A stretch of DNA of 14,905 nucleotides from an uncultured archaeon (lineage in GTDB: Archaea > Asgardarchaeota > Lokiarchaeia > Sigyniarchaeales > SOKP01). Shown here one piece after another: positions 1 through 9,025 of this stretch. Each line of letters starts with the position of its first letter. The stretch's first letter is position 1. Location: assembly GCA_964493715.1 (NCBI GenBank), contig CAZBPC010000084.1, forward strand, positions 1-14,905. Reading direction: 5' to 3'. Below the pieces are notes generated by a model. The model worked only from the letters and a program-made list of their open reading frames with translations. It was not told the origin of the DNA and did not search any database. Made by a program: the position numbers and the translations under genes.

Positions 1-17
1 AAAAAAAAAAGAGAGAT

Positions 18-620
18 TTATTTATTAATTATTTTAACGTGATTCTGTTCCAGTATTTTAAGCAACGGTTCATAATCAGAAACGTTATATAATGAGAAAT
101 AATTGCCTAAAAGTCGTTGAGGGAGTTTTACTCCCTGTTCTTTGAAAAATTGAAACCTCCATTCAAAATCACCATTAGAATTGAAGTCAGGGAAGATTCT
201 TATTATGGCAACCTTATCTTTTAGAAATAGCACTGGTTTGATCTCAATTCTATCGATCTTTGAATACTCAAATGTATAATATTCATCATATTCCTTGTTT
301 TCACGTTTTTCTGCAATTTTGTTATTGGTTGCAAAATATGATCTAGGTTCGATCTTTATAAATGACCATATTACAATTGGATATAAAATACCCATTAGTG
401 GAACACCTGTAATCAACAAGATAATTAATATTAATATAACAAGAAGAAAAATCTCAATACTGATATTGGGAGTCCTGACAATATTGAGGATAAAACCATC
501 AATTATAATACCAATTACAAGAACCACTAACCAAATAAGAAGGATTATGAAGTTGAATTTCAAATTGATTTTTGACTGCCAAAGAATTTCCTCATCTTTT
601 TCCATCATATCTATTGACAT
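18..620 (-). CDS. Membrane protein with two N-terminal TM helices and a soluble, possibly bacterial-PH-like, C-terminal domain
   Basis: 200-aa ORF. 'EEILWQSK' start, two long hydrophobic stretches, then 'YFATNNKI...YSKIDRIEIK', a layout typical of bPH-type membrane proteins. SD-like AGGAGTG upstream. Starts 27 bp after the stop of 648..2609. Confidence 0.7.
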   Translation of the reverse strand: MSIDMMEKDEEILWQSKINLKFNFIILLIWLVVLVIGIIIDGFILNIVRTPNISIEIFLLVILILIILLITGVPLMGILYPIVIWSFIKIEPRSYFATNNKIAEKRENKEYDEYYTFEYSKIDRIEIKPVLFLKDKVAIIRIFPDFNSNGDFEWRFQFFKEQGVKLPQRLLGNYFSLYNVSDYEPLLKILEQNHVKIINK

Positions 621-626
621 ATTTCA

Positions 627-633
627 CACTCCT
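627..633 (-). promoter_or_regulatory. Shine-Dalgarno-like site for the 18..620 gene
   Basis: Minus strand reads AGGAGTG, 6 nt before the ATG at 620. Confidence 0.5.
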
Positions 634-647
634 TTAAAAATTTATGT

Positions 648-2609
648 TCAAGCAAAAGCACTTAATAGGAAGAAAAGACCAAATCCCATTAACCATACCA
701 TAGTACCTAAGGATATCATTTTAGTTGTATCTTCTGCCCCAGCATTAAGACTTCCAAAAATTAATTCACCAGAAAACCAACAAGCTAAGATTAACAAGGT
801 AAACTGAATTGACATTTCAGCCACTGCCAACATCAATAATTCAGAATTATCAATATCAAACAACGTGGTGATTGAACCAAAAATTGATTTCGTCAATGCA
901 CCACCTACGATGACCATAACTTTCAGAAATGTTATTAAAGATTTTTCAGATGCCTTGAAATTCGGTCCCCATTTAGAACCTACTGCAAACAGAATTGCTG
1001 AAATCCCAAAACCTATAGCACATCCTAGAGCCCAATATGGAGTAAGTGGATCATCACTAATAAAACAAGCTCCTAAAATTATGGAACCCACTAATATGAA
1101 TGCCGCGTATATAATTATAGCTGCCAAGCTTTCATATTCTGCTTTAGGGATCGCGGTAGCAGCTCCTAAAGCTCCTATTACAGCCGCAGCTATTACCATG
1201 GAAGTAGCTACTCCTCCTATAATACTAGTCAGAATTTCTTCAAACGATAAATCCTCAATACTTAGTTGATATTGGTCAGTTTCGATCAAATCCGTAGGAG
1301 TTTCGACCTCGAAATAGAAATAATAAATTCCAATTTTATCATATGAAAGTTCAAGGAAGTATTCTTTTCCATCTGCATAATTCGTATCACTTGGATTAGA
1401 TTGTTGCATTGTGTAAGATCTTTTATCTTCTACCCAATTCTCATTGCTGACATGTAACTTGGGGAATCCTGATTTTGGAGCCCTCCCAAGAGTATCCGTG
1501 TAAGTAATTGTGAATGCAAAAACCGTCTGGGTGTCCCCGCCATTAGGACTTACGTTTATATCACTGAGTGTGCTATAGCCATCTGATGAAGTGTATACAT
1601 CTGAAGAATCACTCATATCTGGATATCCATAATCATACTCTATAGACAATCCGATTCCTAAGGTTTCTTCTTTTCTAGATACTAATGTATTATCCATTGA
1701 TTCATCCCGGATCACTAAGGGAAGATCGATATCGAAGTAATCAACATAGTTCGTGGTGACGGTCGTTTCTGTTTTTATTGGTAGATCATTTAGAATATAC
1801 TCAAATGACATTACACCATAATATGCTTCTCCGCCAAACATTAAAATGAAAGGGATCATGGCAAGGTACATGATATATTCCAAAAGAATGTTGATGATCA
1901 TAATTGCCAATAAAACATATGCAAAAACATAGATCGCAGAACGAATCAATGTCCAAACCAGATCTCCCACGGCAGTCAGGACGTTCATGAACACGTTTTC
2001 GCAGTAGTCCTTGAGGTAAGCGAAGATTTCGATGCCGGTCATTGAGACGAGTAGCGCAATGGCGTTGTTGAGAATTGGATTTGTCATGCACAGCAACCAC
2101 AAGATCAAGTTAAACCCTCCGTCAGGTTGCGGTTCCGGTCCCATCTTCGAGCTCTGGTAGGTGTTAAACCACGGGATGTATCCGAGCACGGAGTAGGGCA
2201 GGTTCATTTCCGTTGCCTTGGTGCCGTTCAGCTTGGTGGAAACGTAGTCGTTGATCCATCCGATCTGGTATATCGTGTTGTTGCTCTCATCGACCGATTC
2301 GTTTACCAAGCCCTTGAGCACCAGTTCCAGGACTTCCATCGCATCCTCGGGCGAGATGTTGCGTCGCATGAAGAAGAAATCCACGTCAGAGTTAGCTTCA
2401 TCAATGGTTCCATCTCGATCATTTGACACGAATTCAAACACGTACCTATCAGGATGGTAAAGTGCCGTATCCTCCAAGGTACCGGTTTCTAAGTGTCGGT
2501 GCAAAAGGGTTTCAGTAAAACGCTCGGTTGGAATGACGATGACATTCACGCCATGCTCGAAGGGGGTCCCATCGCAATCATAAGTATTTAGGTTATCTCC
2601 CACGTTCAC
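648..2609 (-). CDS. Large membrane/surface protein, probably the 5'-truncated C-terminal portion of a bigger protein; Ig-like domain plus multi-helix hydrophobic C-terminus
   Basis: 653-aa open frame. GTG start two codons after an in-frame TAA (2616-2618), with no signal peptide. The segment 'VSPNGGDTQTVFAFTITYTD...YTM...DTNYADGKEY...GIYYFYFE' resembles archaeal surface Ig-like domains. About six Gly/Ala-rich hydrophobic helices at the C-terminus. Confidence 0.65.
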   Translation of the reverse strand: MNVGDNLNTYDCDGTPFEHGVNVIVIPTERFTETLLHRHLETGTLEDTALYHPDRYVFEFVSNDRDGTIDEANSDVDFFFMRRNISPEDAMEVLELVLKGLVNESVDESNNTIYQIGWINDYVSTKLNGTKATEMNLPYSVLGYIPWFNTYQSSKMGPEPQPDGGFNLILWLLCMTNPILNNAIALLVSMTGIEIFAYLKDYCENVFMNVLTAVGDLVWTLIRSAIYVFAYVLLAIMIINILLEYIMYLAMIPFILMFGGEAYYGVMSFEYILNDLPIKTETTVTTNYVDYFDIDLPLVIRDESMDNTLVSRKEETLGIGLSIEYDYGYPDMSDSSDVYTSSDGYSTLSDINVSPNGGDTQTVFAFTITYTDTLGRAPKSGFPKLHVSNENWVEDKRSYTMQQSNPSDTNYADGKEYFLELSYDKIGIYYFYFEVETPTDLIETDQYQLSIEDLSFEEILTSIIGGVATSMVIAAAVIGALGAATAIPKAEYESLAAIIIYAAFILVGSIILGACFISDDPLTPYWALGCAIGFGISAILFAVGSKWGPNFKASEKSLITFLKVMVIVGGALTKSIFGSITTLFDIDNSELLMLAVAEMSIQFTLLILACWFSGELIFGSLNAGAEDTTKMISLGTMVWLMGFGLFFLLSAFA

Positions 2610-2892
2610 GAGGTATTAAAAAAACAACATATGAGAATATAACAATTGGCACTATTACGAAAAATAATTATGAGGGATACTAATATCTTTAAATAAACAT
2701 CCTGCAGAACCTTTATTATAAACCTGTTGAATTCTTGAAGAATAAATTTTGATACCAAAACTATTGTAACTTCATACTATGAAGTACGAAAAATAAATTT
2801 TTCGTAGGTCGATGTTTAGCTCGGGAAATATAAGAAGAGTGAATAGAAACAAAAAAATATTTCATTTCCAAATTTTGCTATGCTTTGAATGA

Positions 2893-3324
2893 TCAAAGCT
2901 TCTTTGGTATTGGATCAATTATCTCAATATTAGGTATCTTAGTAAATGCCTTGTCATGGGTACATAGTTTCGTAATATTCTGCTCTTTCATGAAACTTAA
3001 AATAGTGGCATCTCTTCCGCCAATTCCTGTATGTGAAAATTTAGAGAAGACATCAAAAATCGAATCTAATTGTTCGAATTCAAGATTTCCAATAATAATA
3101 TCCATTGAAGAGAACACTTGCCATTTTTCTTTCGCAACAGTCGGCCCTAATCGCTTAACTAAATAATGCATCACTTCAATCATAACAACAGTATTTAAAG
3201 CTAATGAAGCAGAATCATATAAATCTTTAAAATGATCAACAATATAATCATGTTCATCGCATGTTTTATCGAAGAGATAAATCCAATAATTAGAATCGAT
3301 AAAAATTACGGATTTTGTTTCCAT
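2893..3324 (-). CDS. vapC: VapC-family PIN-domain toxin (type II TA)
   Basis: PIN motifs IFIDSN, VMIEV, GRDATI and LCTHDKAF; 143 aa; overlaps the upstream antitoxin by 19 nt. Confidence 0.92.
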   Translation of the reverse strand: METKSVIFIDSNYWIYLFDKTCDEHDYIVDHFKDLYDSASLALNTVVMIEVMHYLVKRLGPTVAKEKWQVFSSMDIIIGNLEFEQLDSIFDVFSKFSHTGIGGRDATILSFMKEQNITKLCTHDKAFTKIPNIEIIDPIPKKL

Positions 3325-3548
3325 ATGCTTTTTATCATCTCCGGTGTAACCTTTTCTTCAATAGGAGTAGTTATACAGCCTACTAACTCTTTGAAAATCT
3401 GTCCTTTTGTAGGGCTTTTCTTAATCGTAATAGAATTATCCCCGTTAACCTTAATCGATAATTTATCCCCGGGTTTTATAAGCAATTTTTCTCGAATTTT
3501 TGATGGTAAAGTTAGTCTCCCACGATCGTCAATTTCAATTTTTCCCAT
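3306..3548 (-). CDS. vapB: AbrB/MazE/SpoVT-family antitoxin (VapB)
   Basis: 'IDDRGRLTLPSKIREKLLIKPGDKL' is the classic AbrB swapped-hairpin motif; 80 aa, directly upstream of the PIN toxin. Confidence 0.9.
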   Translation of the reverse strand: MGKIEIDDRGRLTLPSKIREKLLIKPGDKLSIKVNGDNSITIKKSPTKGQIFKELVGCITTPIEEKVTPEMIKSIWKQNP

Positions 3549-3624
3549 TTAAGCACCCATACCCATATAATTGCCCATCATATTTATATTTATTCACTCT
3601 TCAGTACAATTATTAATTATTTTG

Positions 3625-3756
3625 GATATGGGGAGGAATATCTTTCAATCTGATAAACCAATAGGAATGATTAAAGCTGTTAGAGCTATTGTTCAAGATG
3701 GTGCTGGCGTTGATGAAGCCTTTGAAATTTATGAAAATGGTCCAGTAGGATTATAA
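3625..3756 (+). pseudogene. lsrF: 3'-terminal remnant of an LsrF-like class I aldolase/thiolase (DhnA family)
   Basis: [37 protein letters not shown] matches the LsrF C-terminus as I recall it ([26 protein letters not shown]...AYELY). Only about 43 codons are present; upstream is AT-rich vapB promoter DNA. Confidence 0.8.
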
Positions 3757-3855
3757 TTTTTTTATGTCATACATCTTTTTCTTTATTTAATATTAATAAA
3801 TAATTTACCCCAAATTCTCAAGAAATATATGGGTTTTTTCTTTTTCTAAAATAGA

Positions 3856-4824
3856 ATGGATAATTTAGATATATCAACTATTGATGGTCTAAGAATTTTA
3901 AAAATTGATGATGAAGTTTTACTTGCTCATCAAATTAAACCCCCTTATTATTTTTCATGCTCTGACGGACTTATCCTTTTGCCACGAAAGAGGGGAAATC
4001 AAAAAACCGTAATCTTAGATTTAAATATTGAACCCCATCTAATTAATCAGATTAATGAGCTTTATGGTCCGATAAGTGATTATGTTTGTACTCATGGTCA
4101 TATGGATCACATAGCTCACGTTTATCAATGGGAAGCCATAGGTGCTGAAATACATGCGCCAATTCCAGAACACACATACTTACAAGATGTTCATAATTTT
4201 TATAAAGGTTTTCAATTCAATGAAGGGTTGGATTTTTCGATTATACAGAAGTTTGCTGATTTGAATGGATATAAAAATTGCAAGGAAATTCACCCTTTTG
4301 AACCAGGGAAATCTTTCTTTTTTGATGATTTTGTAATTAATACTATTCCTTTTAAAGGGCATTCAAAAGCTCATATAGGATTTTTAATTCCTCAAGAAAA
4401 GATAATTCATATTAGCTGTCTAGGTTTTGATCAAGTAAGACCAGATGTTGATGGTTTCGGACCATGGTATGGATTTAAAGAATGTTCCATTAATCAATAT
4501 CTGAAAGATATTGACTTGGCTCAGTCTATATTCCTTGAAAAAGCTGAAATTCTAACATCAAGCCATTCATACATTATCAAGAATCCGGATATTACTCCAT
4601 TTCTCTACATGAGAGAAAAAATTGAGAAAAACCAGAGAATTGTAGATGAAGCAATATTATCCTTGAAACTTGTACGTACATCTGAAGTATCTATTATAGA
4701 TTTTCTTGATATGGACCTATTTTTTCCTAAAAAGAAAATGGACAAGTTTAGATACGAAATATATAACTTCTGGGAATCTGGAATAATTAGTAAACATATT
4801 GAGAGGAGTAAATATCTTAAATAA
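3856..4824 (+). CDS. Metallo-beta-lactamase-fold hydrolase
   Basis: THGHMDH (HxHxDH), GHS and terminal SSH motifs; 322 aa. Confidence 0.88.
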   Translation: MDNLDISTIDGLRILKIDDEVLLAHQIKPPYYFSCSDGLILLPRKRGNQKTVILDLNIEPHLINQINELYGPISDYVCTHGHMDHIAHVYQWEAIGAEIHAPIPEHTYLQDVHNFYKGFQFNEGLDFSIIQKFADLNGYKNCKEIHPFEPGKSFFFDDFVINTIPFKGHSKAHIGFLIPQEKIIHISCLGFDQVRPDVDGFGPWYGFKECSINQYLKDIDLAQSIFLEKAEILTSSHSYIIKNPDITPFLYMREKIEKNQRIVDEAILSLKLVRTSEVSIIDFLDMDLFFPKKKMDKFRYEIYNFWESGIISKHIERSKYLK

Positions 4825-4834
4825 ATAATAAGGT

Positions 4835-5881
4835 TTAAGAATCAAATTCAATTATCACTTTTAAAGATTCTTTCGCTTCACATACAACTTTAAAAGCCTC
4901 TCCCGTACGTTCTATTGGAAATCTGTGAGTAATAAGATCTTTTACCTTGATACTCTTTGCAAGGATCCATGTATATGATTCTTGTAGATCTTCCGGAGCT
5001 GCACCATAAGATGTCATGATTTTTATTTCTTCTCGCCAATAACGATTGATTGGAACTTCTAACATCACCCCTGGTTCTGGAACTGCAAAAAATATGATGG
5101 TACCTCCAGGAGATACGCATTCTATAGCTTGCTTTGCTGCAGATAAAGCTCCAGTACAAACGATAATGATATCAGCTAATTTATTATTGTTTTTTTCTCT
5201 AATTTCAGCAGGTATGTTTTCCTTTGCATTAAAAACTACATCAGCTCCAAATTTTTTTGCCATTTCTAATCTATAATCATTGATATCCGTAGCAAAAATT
5301 TTTTCAGCACCCCTCAATTTAGCAAGTTGAATATGGAGAATTCCTGAAACACCACATCCTAATACGAGAACAATTAATCCTTTTTTAACATTTGCAAGTC
5401 TTTGAGCTCTGCAAACACAGCCTAAAGGTTCAATAAATACCCCCTCTTCATATGAAACGAATTTATCTAAAACAATTACTCCGCGTTTGTCAATATTAAT
5501 TGCAGGTATCCGTATATATTCCGCGAATCCCCCCGGGTCATAATTTGTATTATGGAGCAGATCACACGCAGTATGATGTCCTTGTTGGCAAAAATGGCAT
5601 TCAAAACAAGGAACATGATGTGAAACGAATACGCGATCTCCTACTTTAAACCTTTTTACATTTTCTCCGACTTCAACAATATCTCCTGCGATTTCGTGAC
5701 CTAATACTAAATTATCTACCCCCAATTTCTTCATTTTAGCAAAACGATAGTATTCTAATATATCAGAACCACAAATACCTGATTTATTTACCTTTACTAA
5801 AAGTTCCCCAGCACCAATTTCGGGTTTATCCATCTCATCTATTCGTATATCATTATTATTATAATATCTCGCAACTTTCAT
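4835..5881 (-). CDS. Zinc-dependent medium-chain dehydrogenase (sorbitol/L-iditol/threonine dehydrogenase-like)
   Basis: GICGSD and GHE catalytic Zn ligands, structural Zn CxxCxxC-x7-C, EPLGC, Rossmann GCGVSG and TDIN. Confidence 0.93.
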   Translation of the reverse strand: MKVARYYNNNDIRIDEMDKPEIGAGELLVKVNKSGICGSDILEYYRFAKMKKLGVDNLVLGHEIAGDIVEVGENVKRFKVGDRVFVSHHVPCFECHFCQQGHHTACDLLHNTNYDPGGFAEYIRIPAINIDKRGVIVLDKFVSYEEGVFIEPLGCVCRAQRLANVKKGLIVLVLGCGVSGILHIQLAKLRGAEKIFATDINDYRLEMAKKFGADVVFNAKENIPAEIREKNNNKLADIIIVCTGALSAAKQAIECVSPGGTIIFFAVPEPGVMLEVPINRYWREEIKIMTSYGAAPEDLQESYTWILAKSIKVKDLITHRFPIERTGEAFKVVCEAKESLKVIIEFDS

Positions 5882-6003
5882 TGTAACACCTAATTGAAAT
5901 CGGTTTTTATGATAATAATCATCTTTATTTATTCATAAATTTAATTTTTATTTCATCATAAAATAATACATTTAATTAATAAAAAAAACGAAATTGATAT
6001 TAT

Positions 6004-6468
6004 ATGGTCGAAGTAAAGAAAGAGCTTCTAGCTCCTTGTGGTTTGTATTGTGGGGTATGTTCTATATATATAGCACATAAGGACGATAATCAGAAGTTTA
6101 AACAAGTATTAATGAAAGTTTATAAACCTTTCGTGAAAAATGTCAACGATATAGCTTGCACTGGCTGTTTATCTGATGGTATCGTGTTTCCGGTTTGCCA
6201 AGTATGTTCTATTAAAAAATGCTGCCGGGAGAAAAATATTGAAGGTTGTTATCAATGTGATGATTTTCCCTGCAAATTCATTAATAACTTCCCAATAGCC
6301 GTGGGGAAAAAAGTAATAATGAGAACTGTACCTGCTTGGCGGGAATTAGGGACTGAAAAATTCGTGGAAGAGGAGGAAAAAAGATATCACTGTCCGAGTT
6401 GTGGAAATCAACTCTTTCGAGGAGCAAAACGTTGTAACAAGTGTAACAAGGAAGTTAACGTCGATTAA
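6004..6468 (+). CDS. DUF3795-like cysteine-rich protein with C-terminal zinc ribbon
   Basis: APCGLYCGVC, CTGC, CQVCSIKKCC, CYQCDDFPC, then CPSCG...RCNKC. Confidence 0.85.
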   Translation: MVEVKKELLAPCGLYCGVCSIYIAHKDDNQKFKQVLMKVYKPFVKNVNDIACTGCLSDGIVFPVCQVCSIKKCCREKNIEGCYQCDDFPCKFINNFPIAVGKKVIMRTVPAWRELGTEKFVEEEEKRYHCPSCGNQLFRGAKRCNKCNKEVNVD

Positions 6469-6495
6469 ATCAAATAATAAATAAAAAAGAAAGGA

Positions 6496-6693
6496 TTAGG
6501 ATTTTTTAATGCTCCTTAAAAGCATTCGAAAGCTCTCATCTTCAAGATTATTAAACATTGTTAATTCTTCTGCTAAAAAGTCTCTCAAAGCAATTCGAAT
6601 AGCTTCGCTTCTTGAGGGATAAACCCCCATATCATTTAACGTTTGAATTGCGGATAAATATTTTCCAGGTAAGTTAATTGTTATAATTTTCAC
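6496..6693 (-). CDS. Ribbon-helix-helix (CopG/Arc/MetJ) DNA-binding protein
   Basis: MKIITINLP beta strand and 'GVYPSRSEAIRIALRDFL' helix motif; 65 aa, GTG start. Confidence 0.88.
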   Translation of the reverse strand: MKIITINLPGKYLSAIQTLNDMGVYPSRSEAIRIALRDFLAEELTMFNNLEDESFRMLLRSIKKS

Positions 6694-6711
6694 GCGTATT
6701 AACCCTTAATG

Positions 6712-6747
6712 AATATTATCAACGGAAACTTGTTGATTATTAATATT
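6712..6747. promoter_or_regulatory. Imperfect inverted repeat upstream of the RHH gene (candidate operator or 5' hairpin)
   Basis: ATCAAC (6718-6723)/GTTGAT (6732-6737), flanked by AATATT (6712-6717)/AATATT (6742-6747). Confidence 0.35.
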
Positions 6748-6873
6748 ATTTTGTCGGATTATATTTAAAACAAGGATATTAATGACTTAATTCTATTAAT
6801 CTATTAATTGCTAACGAATAAATGATCTTATATATGTTATTAAAATTGAAAGGAAAAGAAAGTTTTGAATTCT

Positions 6874-7632
6874 CTAGGGAGAATCAAAAGATTTTATATG
6901 TACCACTAGGGAAAAAAATGATTTATATAGGTCAGAATGACTTATTTCTTTTATATCTTTTAGAAAAGTTAAACTATAGTCTTCTTCACGTTTTATGTAA
7001 GTAATTCCTTTTGTTTTGTGTTCCCTATCGAGGTACGTGTCTATTTTAAGGACGTTTTCATTAGGTTTGCCGGGAAATTGGGGCATCATATTAAAAGTGA
7101 ATATTAAATCCGCGTTACTATCATCTTTGGCATCAATAACAAACATAACATTTGGTTGTGAATAAGATATAAATGACTGCAAATTATGAAACATATCATC
7201 TATTTTAATTGTGATTTTTGAATCATTTAATGCCCCACAATCACTCACTTGAGGGAGTAAAAATTTCTCTTTTCCTCTGAAAGCCAAAGATTGCTCATTT
7301 TGATTTAAGTATTTCTTAAAAATTGGTTCGTCTTTTTCTAATAAAAAATTCTCAGAGATAATTTCATTTCGAGCATAAATTATGAGTGCCCCCGATGAAA
7401 TAAGGTTTATTTTTTGAAAGTATATTTTTTTCAATGGATCATATGGAAGGTTTATGATTTCTCGATTGCCACCAAAACCTAATTGAGCCATAATATTTGT
7501 TGGATCTTGACTTGTTAGAGTAAATAAAAGAAGTTGCCGAAAATCATTTAATTCTATGTAATTTGTAAAGTTCGTAAATTTTTCTTTTATTTTTGCAATA
7601 TTATCTTTAATAGTTTTAGACATAATGATCAA
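6874..7632 (-). CDS. Hypothetical soluble protein
   Basis: 252-aa ORF with no motif I recognise. The true start may be the ATG at 7623. Lies 47 bp downstream of the DtxR-like gene on the same strand. Confidence 0.7.
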   Translation of the reverse strand: MIIMSKTIKDNIAKIKEKFTNFTNYIELNDFRQLLLFTLTSQDPTNIMAQLGFGGNREIINLPYDPLKKIYFQKINLISSGALIIYARNEIISENFLLEKDEPIFKKYLNQNEQSLAFRGKEKFLLPQVSDCGALNDSKITIKIDDMFHNLQSFISYSQPNVMFVIDAKDDSNADLIFTFNMMPQFPGKPNENVLKIDTYLDREHKTKGITYIKREEDYSLTFLKDIKEISHSDLYKSFFSLVVHIKSFDSP

Positions 7633-7679
7633 TTAGAAATAATTTAGATAATTCTAAGAAAACACGGCTATAATTAAAA

Positions 7680-8099
7680 TTAATCTTGATATTTTGTAAG
7701 AAATTTTTCTAATGATTTTTTGACTTTTGGGGTTATATGATGTTCAATCTGGCATGTTACTTGTTCTATGATACTTTCATCCTCGATTTTTAATACGTTA
7801 CTAAAAAAAATTCTTAGAAGAGAATGAATCTCATTTAACTGTATCGCATAAAATTTACCCTTATCAGTCAACCGTATCGCTCGTCTTGGTTCCCATTTTA
7901 TTAAATCAGCTTTTCTTAACTTTTCAAGCATTCCAGATACGGAAGCAGGTTCTACGTTTAGATTTTCGGCGATCTCCTTATTTGAAACCCAACCACCACG
8001 TTTATTTTTAGAAATTTCATGGATCACATCTAAATACCTCTGGTAACTCTCAGGAATCTCAGAGATCTCGCCTTCCTCTATTTTTTTTTTCTCTGCCAT
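7680..8099 (-). CDS. DtxR/MntR-family metal-dependent transcriptional regulator
   Basis: wHTH 'EIAENLNVEPASVSGMLEKL...IRLTDKG' and dimerisation domain 'HSLLRIFF...TCQIEHHI'. Confidence 0.92.
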   Translation of the reverse strand: MAEKKKIEEGEISEIPESYQRYLDVIHEISKNKRGGWVSNKEIAENLNVEPASVSGMLEKLRKADLIKWEPRRAIRLTDKGKFYAIQLNEIHSLLRIFFSNVLKIEDESIIEQVTCQIEHHITPKVKKSLEKFLTKYQD

Positions 8100-8292
8100 T
8101 ATTATTCTAAATCTATAAAATAAATGATAGGTGTTTAATATAGCTCTAATGGTTATTTAATTTTTTTCTTCATAATCACTAATGTAAGCTAAATTTAAAA
8201 GTGTAATTATCCATATTTCTCATGATTTTTATAATAATTATCCAAAAATATTTAAAAACTATCAGAACAAAATTTAAATACCAAAATCAAAA

Positions 8293-8955
8293 ATGAAAAT
8301 TATGAATAAGGAATTAAAAAAGGGTATTATATTAATTATAATTGGATTAACACCCGTTATCCTCTTTGCTTCAACTTACTCTGTAGAAATTTGGTCTGAT
8401 AGTCATTGGTCTGCTGTTACTGAAGATCAAGAAGATTTTACAGTTCCTCCATCCAATTTTTTATTAGGAGATAGATACACTTTGATAGCGGGAAATTATT
8501 ATACCTCATTTTCCTGGTTTGTTGAAGGTAATGTAACCATTTTAAATAAAGCTACAGGGCAAAATCAAACGTATAATATATTTATTGATGCCACAACCAA
8601 TTATGTGTCATGGTCTTCAGATCACATTGAGTTAATATTATCACCAGGCGAATACACTATTTTCTGGCACACTGATTATGCTATACGCTATTATCTTTTC
8701 AGTCATGGATGGTTCATGACTGATCTTGATGATCCTAAACAAGCTAATGATGCGCAGAATTTGTTTACTATGGTTGCAGGAATATATGGAGGAATTGTGA
8801 CATTAGCTGGAATTTGCTTTGTCTCAGGAAACATAAATATAAGATCAGAAAAACAAAAGGAGTCGAAACGAAATAAGCAGTTAGCAAAAGATGAAATTAG
8901 AATGGAAAAATTACGTCAAAAAATGCAAAAAAAAATGGATAAGAGAGCCAATTAA
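8293..8955 (+). CDS. Hypothetical membrane protein (N- and C-terminal TM, extracellular beta domain, basic tail)
   Basis: Hydrophobic segments near both ends, 'LSPGEYTIFW' beta-sandwich-like motif and a Lys-rich coiled C-terminus. Confidence 0.72.
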   Translation: MKIMNKELKKGIILIIIGLTPVILFASTYSVEIWSDSHWSAVTEDQEDFTVPPSNFLLGDRYTLIAGNYYTSFSWFVEGNVTILNKATGQNQTYNIFIDATTNYVSWSSDHIELILSPGEYTIFWHTDYAIRYYLFSHGWFMTDLDDPKQANDAQNLFTMVAGIYGGIVTLAGICFVSGNINIRSEKQKESKRNKQLAKDEIRMEKLRQKMQKKMDKRAN

Positions 8956-9025
8956 TCATTTTTTGCATTACTTTTTTTTTACAAACATCATTTTGAAATA
9001 GGAAAGGAGATTAAATAATCTAGCT

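Noticed and set aside
295-2460. Alternative-frame and antisense ORFs 295..807, 865..1269, 1801..2100, 2127..2426 and 2251..2460
   Set aside because: Shadows of the membrane genes and the GC-rich block, where stop codons are scarcer; no recognisable motifs.
2766-2787. Resemblance of TAACTTCATA/TATGAAGTA to loxP arms
   Set aside because: There is no 6-8 bp spacer and no tyrosine recombinase in the window; likely coincidence.
2885-3552. Plus-strand ORFs 2885..3166 and 3232..3552
   Set aside because: Antisense to the well-supported vapBC genes.
3571-3624. N-terminal part of the 61-aa ORF 3571..3756
   Set aside because: AT-rich vapB promoter DNA that happens to be in frame; LsrF similarity starts only at DMGRN (3625).
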